Source: Candidatus Nanopelagicales bacterium (GTDB lineage: Bacteria; Actinomycetota; Actinomycetes; S36-B12). Taken from it: a stretch of DNA of 64,000 nt. Below, in pieces: positions 1 through 9,553 of the stretch; positions within the stretch are counted from its first letter, which is position 1; every line of letters starts with the position of its first letter. The stretch lies in assembly GCA_028825115.1 (NCBI GenBank), contig JAPKAV010000002.1, positions 126,604-190,603 of the forward strand, written 5' to 3'. Made by a program: the position numbers and the translations under genes. The notes below the pieces were generated by a model. That model was given only the letters and a program-made list of their open reading frames with translations, was not told the DNA's origin and ran no database searches.

Positions 1-115
1 CCAAATTTTGTACTGCAAATACTAAAAGAACTACTGCAATTGCGATTATTACGACCCCGCGCCAGCTGAGCCGCATCCCGCGCTTCGACGCACTTTTATC
101 GAAAGTGTCCGACAT
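1..115 (-). CDS. small membrane protein, N-terminal fragment running off the left edge (LapA/DUF1049-like)
   Basis: Own translation of the reverse strand from the ATG (complement of 113-115) gives MSDTFDKSASKRGMRLSWRGVVIIAIAVVLLVFAVQNL... This is a basic stretch followed by a hydrophobic helix ending in QN, as in LapA-domain proteins. It is truncated, so it is absent from the ORF track. Confidence 0.4.
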   Translation of the reverse strand, partial: MSDTFDKSASKRGMRLSWRGVVIIAIAVVLLVFAVQNL

Positions 116-224
116 CAATTCCTCTTTCCATTATCAGGGTCCCAGTTCTCGAGTCCAGAACAAATCTTACCGCTGTAGCGGCGTAGCGTGTCCTTATTTA
201 GGGTCTTAATGCTATGAATAGGGC

Positions 225-1016
225 ATGACGCCTTCTCCCGCCACCGAATTTGTGACCTACTCACTTGATAATAATGTCGCAACCATCACTTTTAATCGGC
301 CTGAACGACTCAATGCGCTACTTCCCGACATGATCCATGCCTATTCCAATTTTTTGGATTTTGCCGATGCGGACCCACAAGTTCGAGCAATCGTGGTGAC
401 CGGGTCCGGTCGTGGCTTCTGTTCCGGGGCAGATCTCAGCATTTTGGGTGAGGATCCGGAACTGGTTCAAGGGTTCCTCAACGGCCAGAGCTATCGAACC
501 GTGCCGGGGAAATACCTACACCTGTCCACTCCGGTGATCACTGCAATTAATGGTCCAGCGGCTGGCTTGGGTTTTGTGATTGCCATGAGCGCAGATTTCC
601 GATTCGCCAAGTCCGATGCGAAACTCAGTTCCACCTTTGCTCGACTGGGCCTGATCGCCGAATACGGCATTGCTTGGCTGCTCCCCCGGTTGGTGGGTTT
701 AGCTCGCGCCTCGGAGATCCTGATCAGTGGTCGCACATTTACTGGCCAGCAAGCTGCTGAGTACGGGCTAGTTCTAAGCGCCAGCGATGATCCACTCGCG
801 GCGGCATACGAATGCGCTGCCGATTTAGTCAGCAATTGCTCACCCGCATCAATGGCCGTGATTAAGGCCCAGCTGGTGCGAGGCTTGAATGCGGAATTTA
901 ATGAAAGTGCCGATGACGCTTTCGTCGAGATGGGCCACGCATTTGATCGCGGAGATCTCGCCGCCGCACTTCGCGGAAAAATTGACGGTGTGCCACCACA
1001 GTTCCCCGCGAACTAG
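225..1016 (+). CDS. enoyl-CoA hydratase/isomerase (crotonase) family protein
   Basis: 263-aa ORF with crotonase-fold motifs (VVTGSGRGFCSGADL, INGPAAGLGFVIAMSADFR). Confidence 0.9.
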   Translation: MTPSPATEFVTYSLDNNVATITFNRPERLNALLPDMIHAYSNFLDFADADPQVRAIVVTGSGRGFCSGADLSILGEDPELVQGFLNGQSYRTVPGKYLHLSTPVITAINGPAAGLGFVIAMSADFRFAKSDAKLSSTFARLGLIAEYGIAWLLPRLVGLARASEILISGRTFTGQQAAEYGLVLSASDDPLAAAYECAADLVSNCSPASMAVIKAQLVRGLNAEFNESADDAFVEMGHAFDRGDLAAALRGKIDGVPPQFPAN

Positions 1017-1059
1017 AGCAATCCCCGCGAACTAGAGCAATCCCCGCGAACTAACGCAA
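1003..1059. repeat. tandem repeat, 3 copies of a 19-nt unit TCCCCGCGAACTAGAGCAA
   Basis: Copies at 1003-1021 and 1022-1040 are identical. Copy 3 (1041-1059) matches 17/19. Copy 1 carries the TAG stop of the crotonase gene. Copy 3 carries the stop (complement of 1051-1053) of the convergent gene. Confidence 0.9.
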
Positions 1060-1587
1060 CAAACCACAGTGGGCGAGGGCCATTCGCACGAGTCGCCCTT
1101 GTCCTCCCGCCATCTCAAGTTCAAACTCGGGACTGGTTGCCGCGTCAGGGGAAACCCAAATAAGGTCCAGTGCCTCTTGTGAAGGAACGCAATCCCCCTC
1201 GATCGGAACAATGTAAGCCAACGAGATTGCGTGCTGGCGCGGATCATGAAAACCAGACACTCTTTCGTCCGGGAAATACTCCACGACGGTAAACGGTTGA
1301 GGTGATGCGGGCAATTTAGGAAAAGCCATGGGCCCTAGATCTTTTTCAAGGTGCCGAACAATTGCATCGCGCACCCGCTCCCGGTGTAGCACGCGACCAG
1401 AAACCACCGCCCGGCTGATTGACCCATCGGGCAAAATTCGCAGAAGAAGCCCCACTTCGGTCACCGCGCCGCTTGCATCGACGCGCACCGGGATCGCATC
1501 CACATACACAATCGGCAAATTGGCCCGAGCATTGTCTAGCTCGTTATCGGATAGCCACGCTCCTGAATTTTCTAGTAAGTCCATCAC
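1051..1587 (-). CDS. NUDIX-fold protein with degenerate Nudix box (DUF4916-like)
   Basis: 178-aa ORF. GRVLHRERVRDAIVRHLEKDLG resembles GX5EX7REUXEEXGU but lacks the catalytic Glu pair. Confidence 0.6.
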   Translation of the reverse strand: MMDLLENSGAWLSDNELDNARANLPIVYVDAIPVRVDASGAVTEVGLLLRILPDGSISRAVVSGRVLHRERVRDAIVRHLEKDLGPMAFPKLPASPQPFTVVEYFPDERVSGFHDPRQHAISLAYIVPIEGDCVPSQEALDLIWVSPDAATSPEFELEMAGGQGRLVRMALAHCGLLR

Positions 1588-1659
1588 GACCTAATCTTCA
1601 CATGGATCCTGCCTGGATACAGGTAGGCGCCGATACCAAATCGATCGTATGCTGATGGT

Positions 1660-2100
1660 ATGAATGCATCAAATTCGGAAAATGACCAATCTCAACTCCC
1701 AGATCTGGGTGATCCCTCCGTTGTGACCGATGACCAGTGGCGCGAGCGACTGACATCACGGGAGTATCACGTCTTACGTGAAGGGGGAACCGAACCTGCC
1801 TTTACAGGCGAATACACCGATAACAAGGCAGCCGGTACCTACTCCTGCCGGGCCTGTGGAACGAAATTGTTCACCAGCGACACCAAATTTGACTCCCAGT
1901 GCGGTTGGCCCAGTTTCTATCAGCCATTAGCCAAAGACTCTGTGGTCTACATTGAAGATACCAGCCTTGGTCGCACGAGGACTGAAGTTCGCTGCGCAGC
2001 CTGCGACGGGCACCTAGGGCACGTCTTTGAAGGCGAAGGGTATGGCACACCCACCGATCAGCGGTACTGCATTAACTCCATTTCAATAAATTTCGCGTGA
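1660..2100 (+). CDS. msrB: peptide-methionine (R)-S-oxide reductase
   Basis: 146-aa ORF with two zinc CxxC pairs (CRACG, CAACDG), the GHLGHVF motif and the catalytic RYCINS cysteine. Confidence 0.95.
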   Translation: MNASNSENDQSQLPDLGDPSVVTDDQWRERLTSREYHVLREGGTEPAFTGEYTDNKAAGTYSCRACGTKLFTSDTKFDSQCGWPSFYQPLAKDSVVYIEDTSLGRTRTEVRCAACDGHLGHVFEGEGYGTPTDQRYCINSISINFA

Positions 2101-2152
2101 CTTCACGGCGCGCCAGCCTCAGCAAACTGGTACGTCTCATTAGTCTTACACT

Positions 2153-2740
2153 GTGCGAACCGTGACCCCAGCCGCAGATCAATTTGCGGTCACGGTTGAG
2201 CAGATCGGCAACGTGGTAGTACGCCCAGACATCACTTTGACACAGGTCCCCGCTCCCGGCCGGCTAGCTCCTTTTGCTTTGGCCCTCACAGCTGCACCCA
2301 CCAATGTTGACAGCGATGCGTTCTCGGGAAGATTTGTGCTACTCCATGATCCTGACGGCGTCGAAGAGTGGGGTGGGACCTTTCGCGCAGTAATTTTCGC
2401 GCGCGCTGAGCTAGAAGCCGATCTCCTCAACGACGACCTAGTAGGGGAAGTCGGCTGGAGTTGGATTTCTGAGAGCACTTCTCACCTTCAGATTTCAGAA
2501 ATCGGGGGTACCGTGACCAGCAACTTTGGTCAATCATTTGGGACCTTGGCTGACCGCGCCGCCGAAGGTTTTGTTGAAGTGAGATCTTCCTGGACAGCCA
2601 CTGAAGACGAGTCGGGGGCGCCACGCGACAACCTTGGCAGTCACCTCACCGCCTGGATAAACGTACTGGTGTGTGCTGGCGGACTTGTGCCACTCCCAGA
2701 GGGTGTGGCCCATGTTGCACACGCGCGTCGTCGTGGATAG
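2153..2740 (+). CDS. conserved actinobacterial protein (DUF3000-like)
   Basis: 195-aa ORF with a GTG start. It lies immediately upstream of the RNase D-like gene and overlaps it. The family call is from remembered sequence and synteny only. Confidence 0.6.
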   Translation: MRTVTPAADQFAVTVEQIGNVVVRPDITLTQVPAPGRLAPFALALTAAPTNVDSDAFSGRFVLLHDPDGVEEWGGTFRAVIFARAELEADLLNDDLVGEVGWSWISESTSHLQISEIGGTVTSNFGQSFGTLADRAAEGFVEVRSSWTATEDESGAPRDNLGSHLTAWINVLVCAGGLVPLPEGVAHVAHARRRG

Positions 2741-3965
2741 CGAAGAGCCAAAAGTTCCTTATGAAACTCGCGAGCAAATACCGGACGTAATTGTCACGCA
2801 CGACGCGCTACTGGGCTACGCCCAGAAGCTACGACAAGGGACCGGTCCACTAGCCCTAGATGCCGAGCGGGCTTCGGGCTACACGTATTCCCAGAGGGCA
2901 TATTTGATCCAATTGCGACGTGAAGGCGCCGGCACTGCACTTATTGATCCGGTCGCGTGTCCGGACTTACGCCCGATTGCCGATGCAACCGTCGGGGTGG
3001 AATGGATTTTGCACGCTGCCACCCAAGATCTTGAATGCTTGCGAGAAGTCGGCCTATCTCCCTTTAGTCTTTTTGACACCGAATTAGCGGGTCGAATCCT
3101 GGGTTGCGAAAGAGTAGGGCTTGGGCCGTTAATTGAAAGTGAACTGGGAAAATATTTGGAGAAGGGCCATGGCGCGGCCGACTGGTCGCTCCGACCACTC
3201 AAACCAGCAATGCTGCGTTATGCAGCCCTTGATGTCGAGTTGCTCGTCGAACTGCGGGAATCACTTGCAGTCAGTTTACGCGAGGCAAACAAATACGAAT
3301 ATGCCCAGCAGGAATTTGATGCGTTATTGACCTGGCGACCTCGCGAATATGAAGGTGAGGCGTGGCGGCGTACCTCCGGTGTGCATGCGATTAAGAATCC
3401 TCGAGCCCGGGCCATCGTGCGCGAACTTTGGGTTACCCGCGATGACCTTGCCAGGCGACGCGATATTGCCCCAGGTCGCCTGATTCCTGATCGCGCCATT
3501 ATCGCAGCGGCTAAAGCGATGCCGACCGAAACTCTACTCAAAGTCAAAGACTTCAATGGCCGGGCGGCGGCGCGCTACGAGCGCCAGTGGAATTTGGCGA
3601 TTGAGCGGTCCCGTTTGCTGCCGGAATCAGAGTTACCTGGTCCACCCCCAAAATCGCAATCATTGCCCCCACCTAAGAGTTGGGCCGAGAAGAATCCGGA
3701 TGCTTTCGCTCGTTTGGAAACCGTCCGCGAAGGTGTGGCCCAGCTGTCCGAATTACTGTCGATTCCAGTCGAAAATCTCATGACGCCGGAACTGGTTCGG
3801 CGGGCTTGCTGGTCTGAACCGCTCGACTCCGAGGCGGCATATAACGAATTATTGGAGGCCGGTGGGGCCAGAAAGTGGCAGCGTGAATTGGTCCTACCCA
3901 TTGTCTATGCCGCGCGCGAAGCACAACCCCTACCTGCCGAAGCCCCCGAGCTTGAGACACAATAA
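2712..3965 (+). CDS. rnd: ribonuclease D-like 3'-5' exonuclease with HRDC domain
   Basis: DEDD-type exonuclease motifs (LALDAERASGY, HAATQDLECL, YAALDVELL) followed by an HRDC-like C-terminal half. The ORF opens at 2673. ATG 2712 is chosen to minimise overlap with the upstream gene. Confidence 0.85.
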   Translation: MLHTRVVVDSEEPKVPYETREQIPDVIVTHDALLGYAQKLRQGTGPLALDAERASGYTYSQRAYLIQLRREGAGTALIDPVACPDLRPIADATVGVEWILHAATQDLECLREVGLSPFSLFDTELAGRILGCERVGLGPLIESELGKYLEKGHGAADWSLRPLKPAMLRYAALDVELLVELRESLAVSLREANKYEYAQQEFDALLTWRPREYEGEAWRRTSGVHAIKNPRARAIVRELWVTRDDLARRRDIAPGRLIPDRAIIAAAKAMPTETLLKVKDFNGRAAARYERQWNLAIERSRLLPESELPGPPPKSQSLPPPKSWAEKNPDAFARLETVREGVAQLSELLSIPVENLMTPELVRRACWSEPLDSEAAYNELLEAGGARKWQRELVLPIVYAAREAQPLPAEAPELETQ

Positions 3966-4005
3966 GTTACTAGCGGGTAACATAGGCCTTTCACAAGGAG
4001 AAAAA

Positions 4006-5196
4006 ATGGTTAAACGCGCGAATGTCGTATTTGTTGATGGGGCCAGATCCCCTTTTGCCCGCGCCGGAAGTCTGTATTCGCAGACGAGAGCTGACGACCT
4101 TATTGTCAAAGTAATGCGGGAGCTTTTACGTCGCAACCCCAACCTTCCCCCCGAAAAGATTGACGATGTCGCCATAGCCGCCGCCACCCAGACCGGCGAT
4201 CAAGGAATGAATATCGGCCGGTCGGCGGCCCTTCTAGCCGGGCTCCCCAATACTGTTCCAGGCTATTCGATTGATCGTTGGTGCGCGGGCGCAATGACGG
4301 CCGTTACTACTCTTTCGAGTGCAATCATGGCTGGCGCTTACGACCTCGCGCTCGCTGGCGGCGTTGAACACATGACCCATCACCCGATGGGTGAAGGGAT
4401 AGATCCCAATCCCCGCTATTTGTCGGAACGAATTGTTGACCCGGAAGCGATGCTGATGGGAAAGACGGCCGAAAACTTACACGATCGATTCCCCGACATC
4501 ACAAAAGATCGGGCAGATGCTTTCGCACTCGGCTCACAAGAGAAGACCGCAAAGGCTTATGCAAATGGAGTCATCCAGTTGGATCTTGTTCCCATTGCGG
4601 CCCGCAACGCCGAGCTTGGCAACATTTTGGTGAGCGCCGATGAAGCCCCCCGCCCGGGAACGACACTGGAAGGGCTTGCCGCACTCAAAACCCCGTTTCG
4701 CCCGCACGGTCGGGTCACAGCCGGTAATGCCTCGGGCTTGTCCGATGGTGCAACGGCGGCTCTTTTGGCAAACGAGGAAGTAGCAGATGAGCTCGGTCTG
4801 AGCAAGAAGATGCGAATGGTCGGCTTCGCATTCGCAGGAGTTGAGCCCGAAGTCATGGGCGTTGGACCGGTACCCAGCACTGAGAAAGCACTCGCTCGCA
4901 CCGGCCTTTCCATCGATGACATTGACCTCTTCGAAATCAATGAGGCTTTCGCGGTTCAGGTGCTCGCACTGCTGGATCACTTTGGCATCGCGGATGACGA
5001 CGAGCGAATTAACCCGATGGGTGGCGCCATCGCTGTTGGTCACCCATTGGCATCTAGTGGTATTCGGCTTATGGCCAATCTTGCACGAGATTTCACGATG
5101 AACCCAACCGCAAAATACGGAATTACCACGATGTGTATCGGATTAGGCATGGGTGGAACCGTCATTTGGGAAAATATTTCAGGGAGCAACGCATGA
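4006..5196 (+). CDS. fadA: acetyl-CoA C-acyltransferase (thiolase)
   Basis: An AAGGAG RBS ends 5 nt before ATG 4006. Thiolase motifs are present (DRWCAGAM active-site Cys, NPMGGAIAVGHPLASSG, MCIGLGMG). The upstream part of ORF 3862-5196 overlaps rnd and is not homologous. Confidence 0.9.
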   Translation: MVKRANVVFVDGARSPFARAGSLYSQTRADDLIVKVMRELLRRNPNLPPEKIDDVAIAAATQTGDQGMNIGRSAALLAGLPNTVPGYSIDRWCAGAMTAVTTLSSAIMAGAYDLALAGGVEHMTHHPMGEGIDPNPRYLSERIVDPEAMLMGKTAENLHDRFPDITKDRADAFALGSQEKTAKAYANGVIQLDLVPIAARNAELGNILVSADEAPRPGTTLEGLAALKTPFRPHGRVTAGNASGLSDGATAALLANEEVADELGLSKKMRMVGFAFAGVEPEVMGVGPVPSTEKALARTGLSIDDIDLFEINEAFAVQVLALLDHFGIADDDERINPMGGAIAVGHPLASSGIRLMANLARDFTMNPTAKYGITTMCIGLGMGGTVIWENISGSNA

Positions 5197-7289
5197 GCGA
5201 AACGAAGCCCACGGCTGTCACCGAAAATCCGGACGAAGTGGTAACCCAAGCCCGGGTCCGCTATTTCCCGATGCCTCTCGGGGCGGGCACCATGGCACTA
5301 ATCACACTCGATAATGGTCATGATCACACACGCCCATCGACGTTCGGGCCGGGTGGTCTTGAATCAATCAACGAAGCTCTTGACGAGATTGCTGCCCAAA
5401 CCGATGTCGCCGCCGTTGGCGTTACCGGCAAGCCGTTCGTGTTTGCTGTGGGTGCCGACCTCTCCGCCACAAGTTTGGTCAATGACCCAGCAATTATTTC
5501 GGCATTCGGGAAGTTGGGTCACGATGTCATGCGTCGCTTTGGGGAATTTTCAATCCCCACTTTCGCGTTTGTAAATGGGGCGGCGATGGGTGGCGGACTA
5601 GAACTCGCCTTGCATTGTGATTACCGCTCGGTATCAGCAGACGCTGCGGCTCTATCCCTGCCCGAAGTTTTTCTCGGACTCATTCCGGGCTGGGGTGGGG
5701 CCTGGCTGCTCCCTAATTTAGTCGGTCCCAAGAGAGCACTTGAAGTGATTATTAGCAACTCTATGAGCCAAAACAAGCAACTCAAACCTCAACGGGCTGT
5801 TGAATTGGAAATAATGGATGTCATCTTCGCCCCGTCAGACTTCCTTGAGCAATCGGTTTTGTGGGCGGCGCAATTACTTCAAGGAATCGTCACGGTGGAG
5901 CGCGCGCCGATTGATCGCGATACTTGGGACGCGGTAGTAGATGCAGCACGCGGGCAGGTTGATGCACGAGTCCATGGCGCAACTCGCGCCCCCTACATTG
6001 CCTTAGATCTGGTGCAAGCTGCAAAGACCAATACGCGCAGCGAGGGATTTGACTCAGAAGATGCAGCGCTCACTGAGCTAGTGATGTCTGACCCACTTCG
6101 CGCCTCCCTATATTCGTTCGATCTGGTTCAAAAGCGTGCTAAACGCCCGGTCGGGGTCCCAGACAAGTCACTGGCTCGGCCAGTCAACAAAGTGGGGATC
6201 GTGGGAGCGGGACTCATGGCGAGTCAGTTGGCACTACTTTTCGCGCGTCAGTTGATGGTTCCGGTTGTCATGACCGATCTAGATCGGGAACGGGTGGCCA
6301 AAGGTGTCGCCTACGCACACACAGAACTCGACACACTGCACGCAAAAGGGCGGTTGTCCGCCGATAAGTGTAATCGGCTTAAGGCGCTCATCACGGGTAC
6401 GACTGACAAGAGCCTTTTCTCTGATGCCGATTTTGTAATTGAGGCGGTCTTTGAGCAACTTGATGTCAAAAAGGTAGTCTTCGGCCAATTGGAAGAAGTC
6501 GTTCGACCTGACTGCATTTTGGCAACCAACACGTCATCACTTTCCGTAGCCGAGATGGTGGCTGACCTGGCACACCCCGAGCGCGTCGTGGGGTTCCATT
6601 TCTTCAATCCTGTTGCGCTCATGCCGCTATTGGAGATCGCTCGCGCCGACAAGACTGACGACCCCTCCCTTGCCACCGCCTTCGCCGTTGGCAAGGCGCT
6701 CAAAAAGTCTTGTGTGCTGGTCGCTGACCGTCCCGCGTTCGTGGTGAACCGTTTGCTCAATCGATTTCTGGGCGAAATTATTTCATGCGTAGATGAGGGG
6801 GCAAGTTTCGCGGATGCCGATGCGGCGGTGCACGCCATGGGACTTCCCATGGATCCATTTGTCCTAGTGCAAATGGTCGGACCCGCCGTCGCTCAGCATG
6901 TTGCCCAAACACTCAATGGGCACTTCCCTGATCGATTCCACGCTTCCGAGAAAATGGGCAAACTTGTTGCTGAAGGAATTCCAGGAGTGTGGTTGTGGGA
7001 TGAAGCGGGCAACAAAACTGTGGATCCACGAGTTCTCGAAATCTTTGGAGATGCACCGAGCACCATGTCCCCCGATCAGATCAGGGATCGAGCCCTCACA
7101 GCAATCACGCAGGAAGCCCGCATCATGCTCGATGAAGGGGTCGTCGCAGAGGCTCAAGACCTCGATCTGTGCATGATATTGGGCGCCGGTTGGCCGTTCT
7201 GGTTGGGTGGGATCACTCCGTATCTAGACCGCGAAGGCTACAGCGAACCTCGATTCTTAACACAAGGCCTTGCTAGCGTTCCTGCTTAA
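5193..7289 (+). CDS. fadB: bifunctional enoyl-CoA hydratase / 3-hydroxyacyl-CoA dehydrogenase
   Basis: ATGA start/stop overlap with fadA. N-terminal crotonase domain ([14 protein letters not shown]) and a central Rossmann motif [14 protein letters not shown] typical of 3-hydroxyacyl-CoA dehydrogenase. Confidence 0.9.
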   Translation: MSETKPTAVTENPDEVVTQARVRYFPMPLGAGTMALITLDNGHDHTRPSTFGPGGLESINEALDEIAAQTDVAAVGVTGKPFVFAVGADLSATSLVNDPAIISAFGKLGHDVMRRFGEFSIPTFAFVNGAAMGGGLELALHCDYRSVSADAAALSLPEVFLGLIPGWGGAWLLPNLVGPKRALEVIISNSMSQNKQLKPQRAVELEIMDVIFAPSDFLEQSVLWAAQLLQGIVTVERAPIDRDTWDAVVDAARGQVDARVHGATRAPYIALDLVQAAKTNTRSEGFDSEDAALTELVMSDPLRASLYSFDLVQKRAKRPVGVPDKSLARPVNKVGIVGAGLMASQLALLFARQLMVPVVMTDLDRERVAKGVAYAHTELDTLHAKGRLSADKCNRLKALITGTTDKSLFSDADFVIEAVFEQLDVKKVVFGQLEEVVRPDCILATNTSSLSVAEMVADLAHPERVVGFHFFNPVALMPLLEIARADKTDDPSLATAFAVGKALKKSCVLVADRPAFVVNRLLNRFLGEIISCVDEGASFADADAAVHAMGLPMDPFVLVQMVGPAVAQHVAQTLNGHFPDRFHASEKMGKLVAEGIPGVWLWDEAGNKTVDPRVLEIFGDAPSTMSPDQIRDRALTAITQEARIMLDEGVVAEAQDLDLCMILGAGWPFWLGGITPYLDREGYSEPRFLTQGLASVPA

Positions 7290-9183
7290 CAGAATCTGGC
7301 ACGTCGCTTTCCGCATTGCCCACCATCCACTCCGTAATTGACCGAGTAATGGTCTGTCCGGTAAGGCCAAGCGAATTGAGTATGGACGCGCGCTTGGCAT
7401 GGTCGAGGAAGGCCAGAGGGGTGCCAAAGTTGCGAAGGGGGACGTCCACGTTCTGGTCCCGCAGCGCTTGACTCAGAGCGGCACCAACGCCACCTGCTCG
7501 CATGCCGTCTTCGATTACCACCACCAATTTAGCCCGTCCCGCCTGCGCAATCACGTACTGCGGGATCGGTTTTACCCAGCGCGGATCAAGGACGCGAACG
7601 CCTATTCCTTGTGCTTTGAGACCTTCAGCGACTTCGAGCCCCAGCGGGGCGAACGACCCGATCGCTACGATGCAAACTTCCATTTCACCGTGATCGGCCA
7701 ATACGTCAACGCCACTCTCGCGTGAAATTGCGGGGATGTCTCGTGGGATAGCCCCCTTTGAAAATCGCACCACGGTGGGTGCATCGTCAATGTCGACTGC
7801 TTCACGCAAGGACTGCTTGAGAGTTGATTCGTCGCGCGGTGCCGCAATTCGCAGTCCCGGGACAATTTGCAACATTGCCATGTCCCAGACCCCATTGTGG
7901 CTCGCACCGTCGTCACCGGTCACCCCAGCGCGGTCAAGTGCGAAAGTCACACCAGCCTTGTGCAACGCACAATCCATTAATACTTGGTCAAACGCCCGAT
8001 TCAAAAAGGTTGCATAAAGTGCTACGACCGGATGCATGCCCCCGTAGGCCAGTCCCGCTGCACTTGTCGCGGCGTGCTGCTCGGCGATCCCTACGTCGTA
8101 GATGCGGTCGGGAAACAACTGCCCAAACTGGTCTAATCCCGTTGGCCCTGGCATAGCAGCAGTAATCGCGACAACATCTGAGCGCACTTGCCCAATGGCT
8201 ACCAGCTCGTCCGAGAAGGCCTCGGTCCAAGTGCGACCAGCAGCCGAAACTGGAAGTCCAGTTTCGGGATCAATTACGCCCACTCCATGGAATCGATCAG
8301 CTTCGTCGGCCTCCGCCGGTGCATAGCCCTGACCTTTGTGCGTGATCACATGAACAATTACGGGGGCATCAAAATCCCGCGCCCGACTCAATGCATACTC
8401 AAGCTCGGATTCGTCGTGACCATCAACCGGTCCCACATACTTCAAACCAAGGTCCTCGAACATGCCTTGTGGCGCTACAACATCTTTTACACCCTTTTTC
8501 ATGCCATGTAGAGCATCGAAAATCGGCACTCCTACTACAGGCGTGCGGTGCAGTACCCGCTTGCCCCAGCTCATGACCCGCTCGTAATTGGGGGCAGTGC
8601 GCAGTGTGTGCAAATGATGCGCAAGACCACCAATTGTGGGTGAGTAGGAGCGCGCATTGTCATTTACGACTATCACGAGGGGTCTCTCTCCCGTCGCAAT
8701 GTTGTTGAGTGCTTCCCAAGCCATACCGCCGGTGAGTGCACCGTCGCCAATCACTGCGACCACATGCTGTTCACCCAAGAGCCCCCGCCGCTGCCACGCC
8801 TTGGCCAGTCCATCTGCATAAGAAAGTGCTGTGGATGCGTGGGAGTTTTCGACAATGTCATGATCGCTCTCCGTGCGACTGGGGTAACCGCTGAGGCCGT
8901 TTTCTTGGCGTAGCGTGTCAAAATCGGCGGCCCGACCCGTCAAAATTTTATGAACGTAGGACTGATGGCCGGTATCCCAAATAATGGCGTCTTCTGGTGA
9001 TCGAAAGACTCGATGTAACGCAATACTGAGTTCCACCACTCCAAGATTGGGACCGAGGTGGCCACCGGTTGCAGAAACTTTTTCGACCAGAAAAGCCCGG
9101 ATCTCACGGGCTAGTTCAGGCAACAATTCTGCTGGCAACGCCCGCACATCACGAGGGTCACGGATCGCCGGCAAATAACGCAC
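7273..9183 (-). CDS. dxs: 1-deoxy-D-xylulose-5-phosphate synthase
   Basis: 636-aa ORF with a TPP-binding motif ([15 protein letters not shown]), a transketolase-like pyrimidine-binding domain and C-terminal domain. Its 3' end overlaps fadB by 17 nt (convergent). Confidence 0.95.
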   Translation of the reverse strand: MRYLPAIRDPRDVRALPAELLPELAREIRAFLVEKVSATGGHLGPNLGVVELSIALHRVFRSPEDAIIWDTGHQSYVHKILTGRAADFDTLRQENGLSGYPSRTESDHDIVENSHASTALSYADGLAKAWQRRGLLGEQHVVAVIGDGALTGGMAWEALNNIATGERPLVIVVNDNARSYSPTIGGLAHHLHTLRTAPNYERVMSWGKRVLHRTPVVGVPIFDALHGMKKGVKDVVAPQGMFEDLGLKYVGPVDGHDESELEYALSRARDFDAPVIVHVITHKGQGYAPAEADEADRFHGVGVIDPETGLPVSAAGRTWTEAFSDELVAIGQVRSDVVAITAAMPGPTGLDQFGQLFPDRIYDVGIAEQHAATSAAGLAYGGMHPVVALYATFLNRAFDQVLMDCALHKAGVTFALDRAGVTGDDGASHNGVWDMAMLQIVPGLRIAAPRDESTLKQSLREAVDIDDAPTVVRFSKGAIPRDIPAISRESGVDVLADHGEMEVCIVAIGSFAPLGLEVAEGLKAQGIGVRVLDPRWVKPIPQYVIAQAGRAKLVVVIEDGMRAGGVGAALSQALRDQNVDVPLRNFGTPLAFLDHAKRASILNSLGLTGQTITRSITEWMVGNAESDVPDSVKQER

Positions 9184-9187
9184 CGCT

Positions 9188-9553
9188 CTAGTCTAGGGCA
9201 GAAGTGTCGACAACGCTGTAGTCCAGATCGGCCAGTGCTGAAGCGACGCAATTGACCTCTCGGGCCGTCCGCAGTAGTTGTGCTCCCACGGCGCTGAGCG
9301 AGTCTAGAAGGGCTTCGGGCCGCTGTGCACCAGATGCTGTACGAGCGGTTGCATAGAGCCGGCGCATCAAATCAATATCGGTCTGTATTCGCTCACGTAG
9401 CACCCATGCCAAAGCCACGGGGTCTTTACTGCTCTGCGAATCCCGGAACTCCCCGGGCAGCCGATCCAGGAGCCATCGGGTTACCTGGCCGGGAAACTCC
9501 GGGTCGTGTGCCGACACCAAGTCGAGCGGCCATCCGGGGCGCGAAATGGTCAT
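9188..9553 (-). CDS. hypothetical protein
   Basis: 121-aa ORF packed between acn (4-nt overlap) and dxs (4-nt gap) on the same strand. No motif recognised. Confidence 0.45.
   Translation of the reverse strand: MTISRPGWPLDLVSAHDPEFPGQVTRWLLDRLPGEFRDSQSSKDPVALAWVLRERIQTDIDLMRRLYATARTASGAQRPEALLDSLSAVGAQLLRTAREVNCVASALADLDYSVVDTSALD

Noticed and set aside
3862-4005. N-terminal extensions given in the ORF track for many genes (fadA 3862, fadB 5133, gamma-CA 20638, suhB-like 22203, rpoD 37247, UPF0104 44304, VOC 44163, lexA 51496, nrdR 50089, GntR 62965).
   Set aside because: The extensions overlap upstream genes or regulatory sites and lack homology. Internal ATG/GTG codons with an RBS, and N-termini typical of each family, were preferred.
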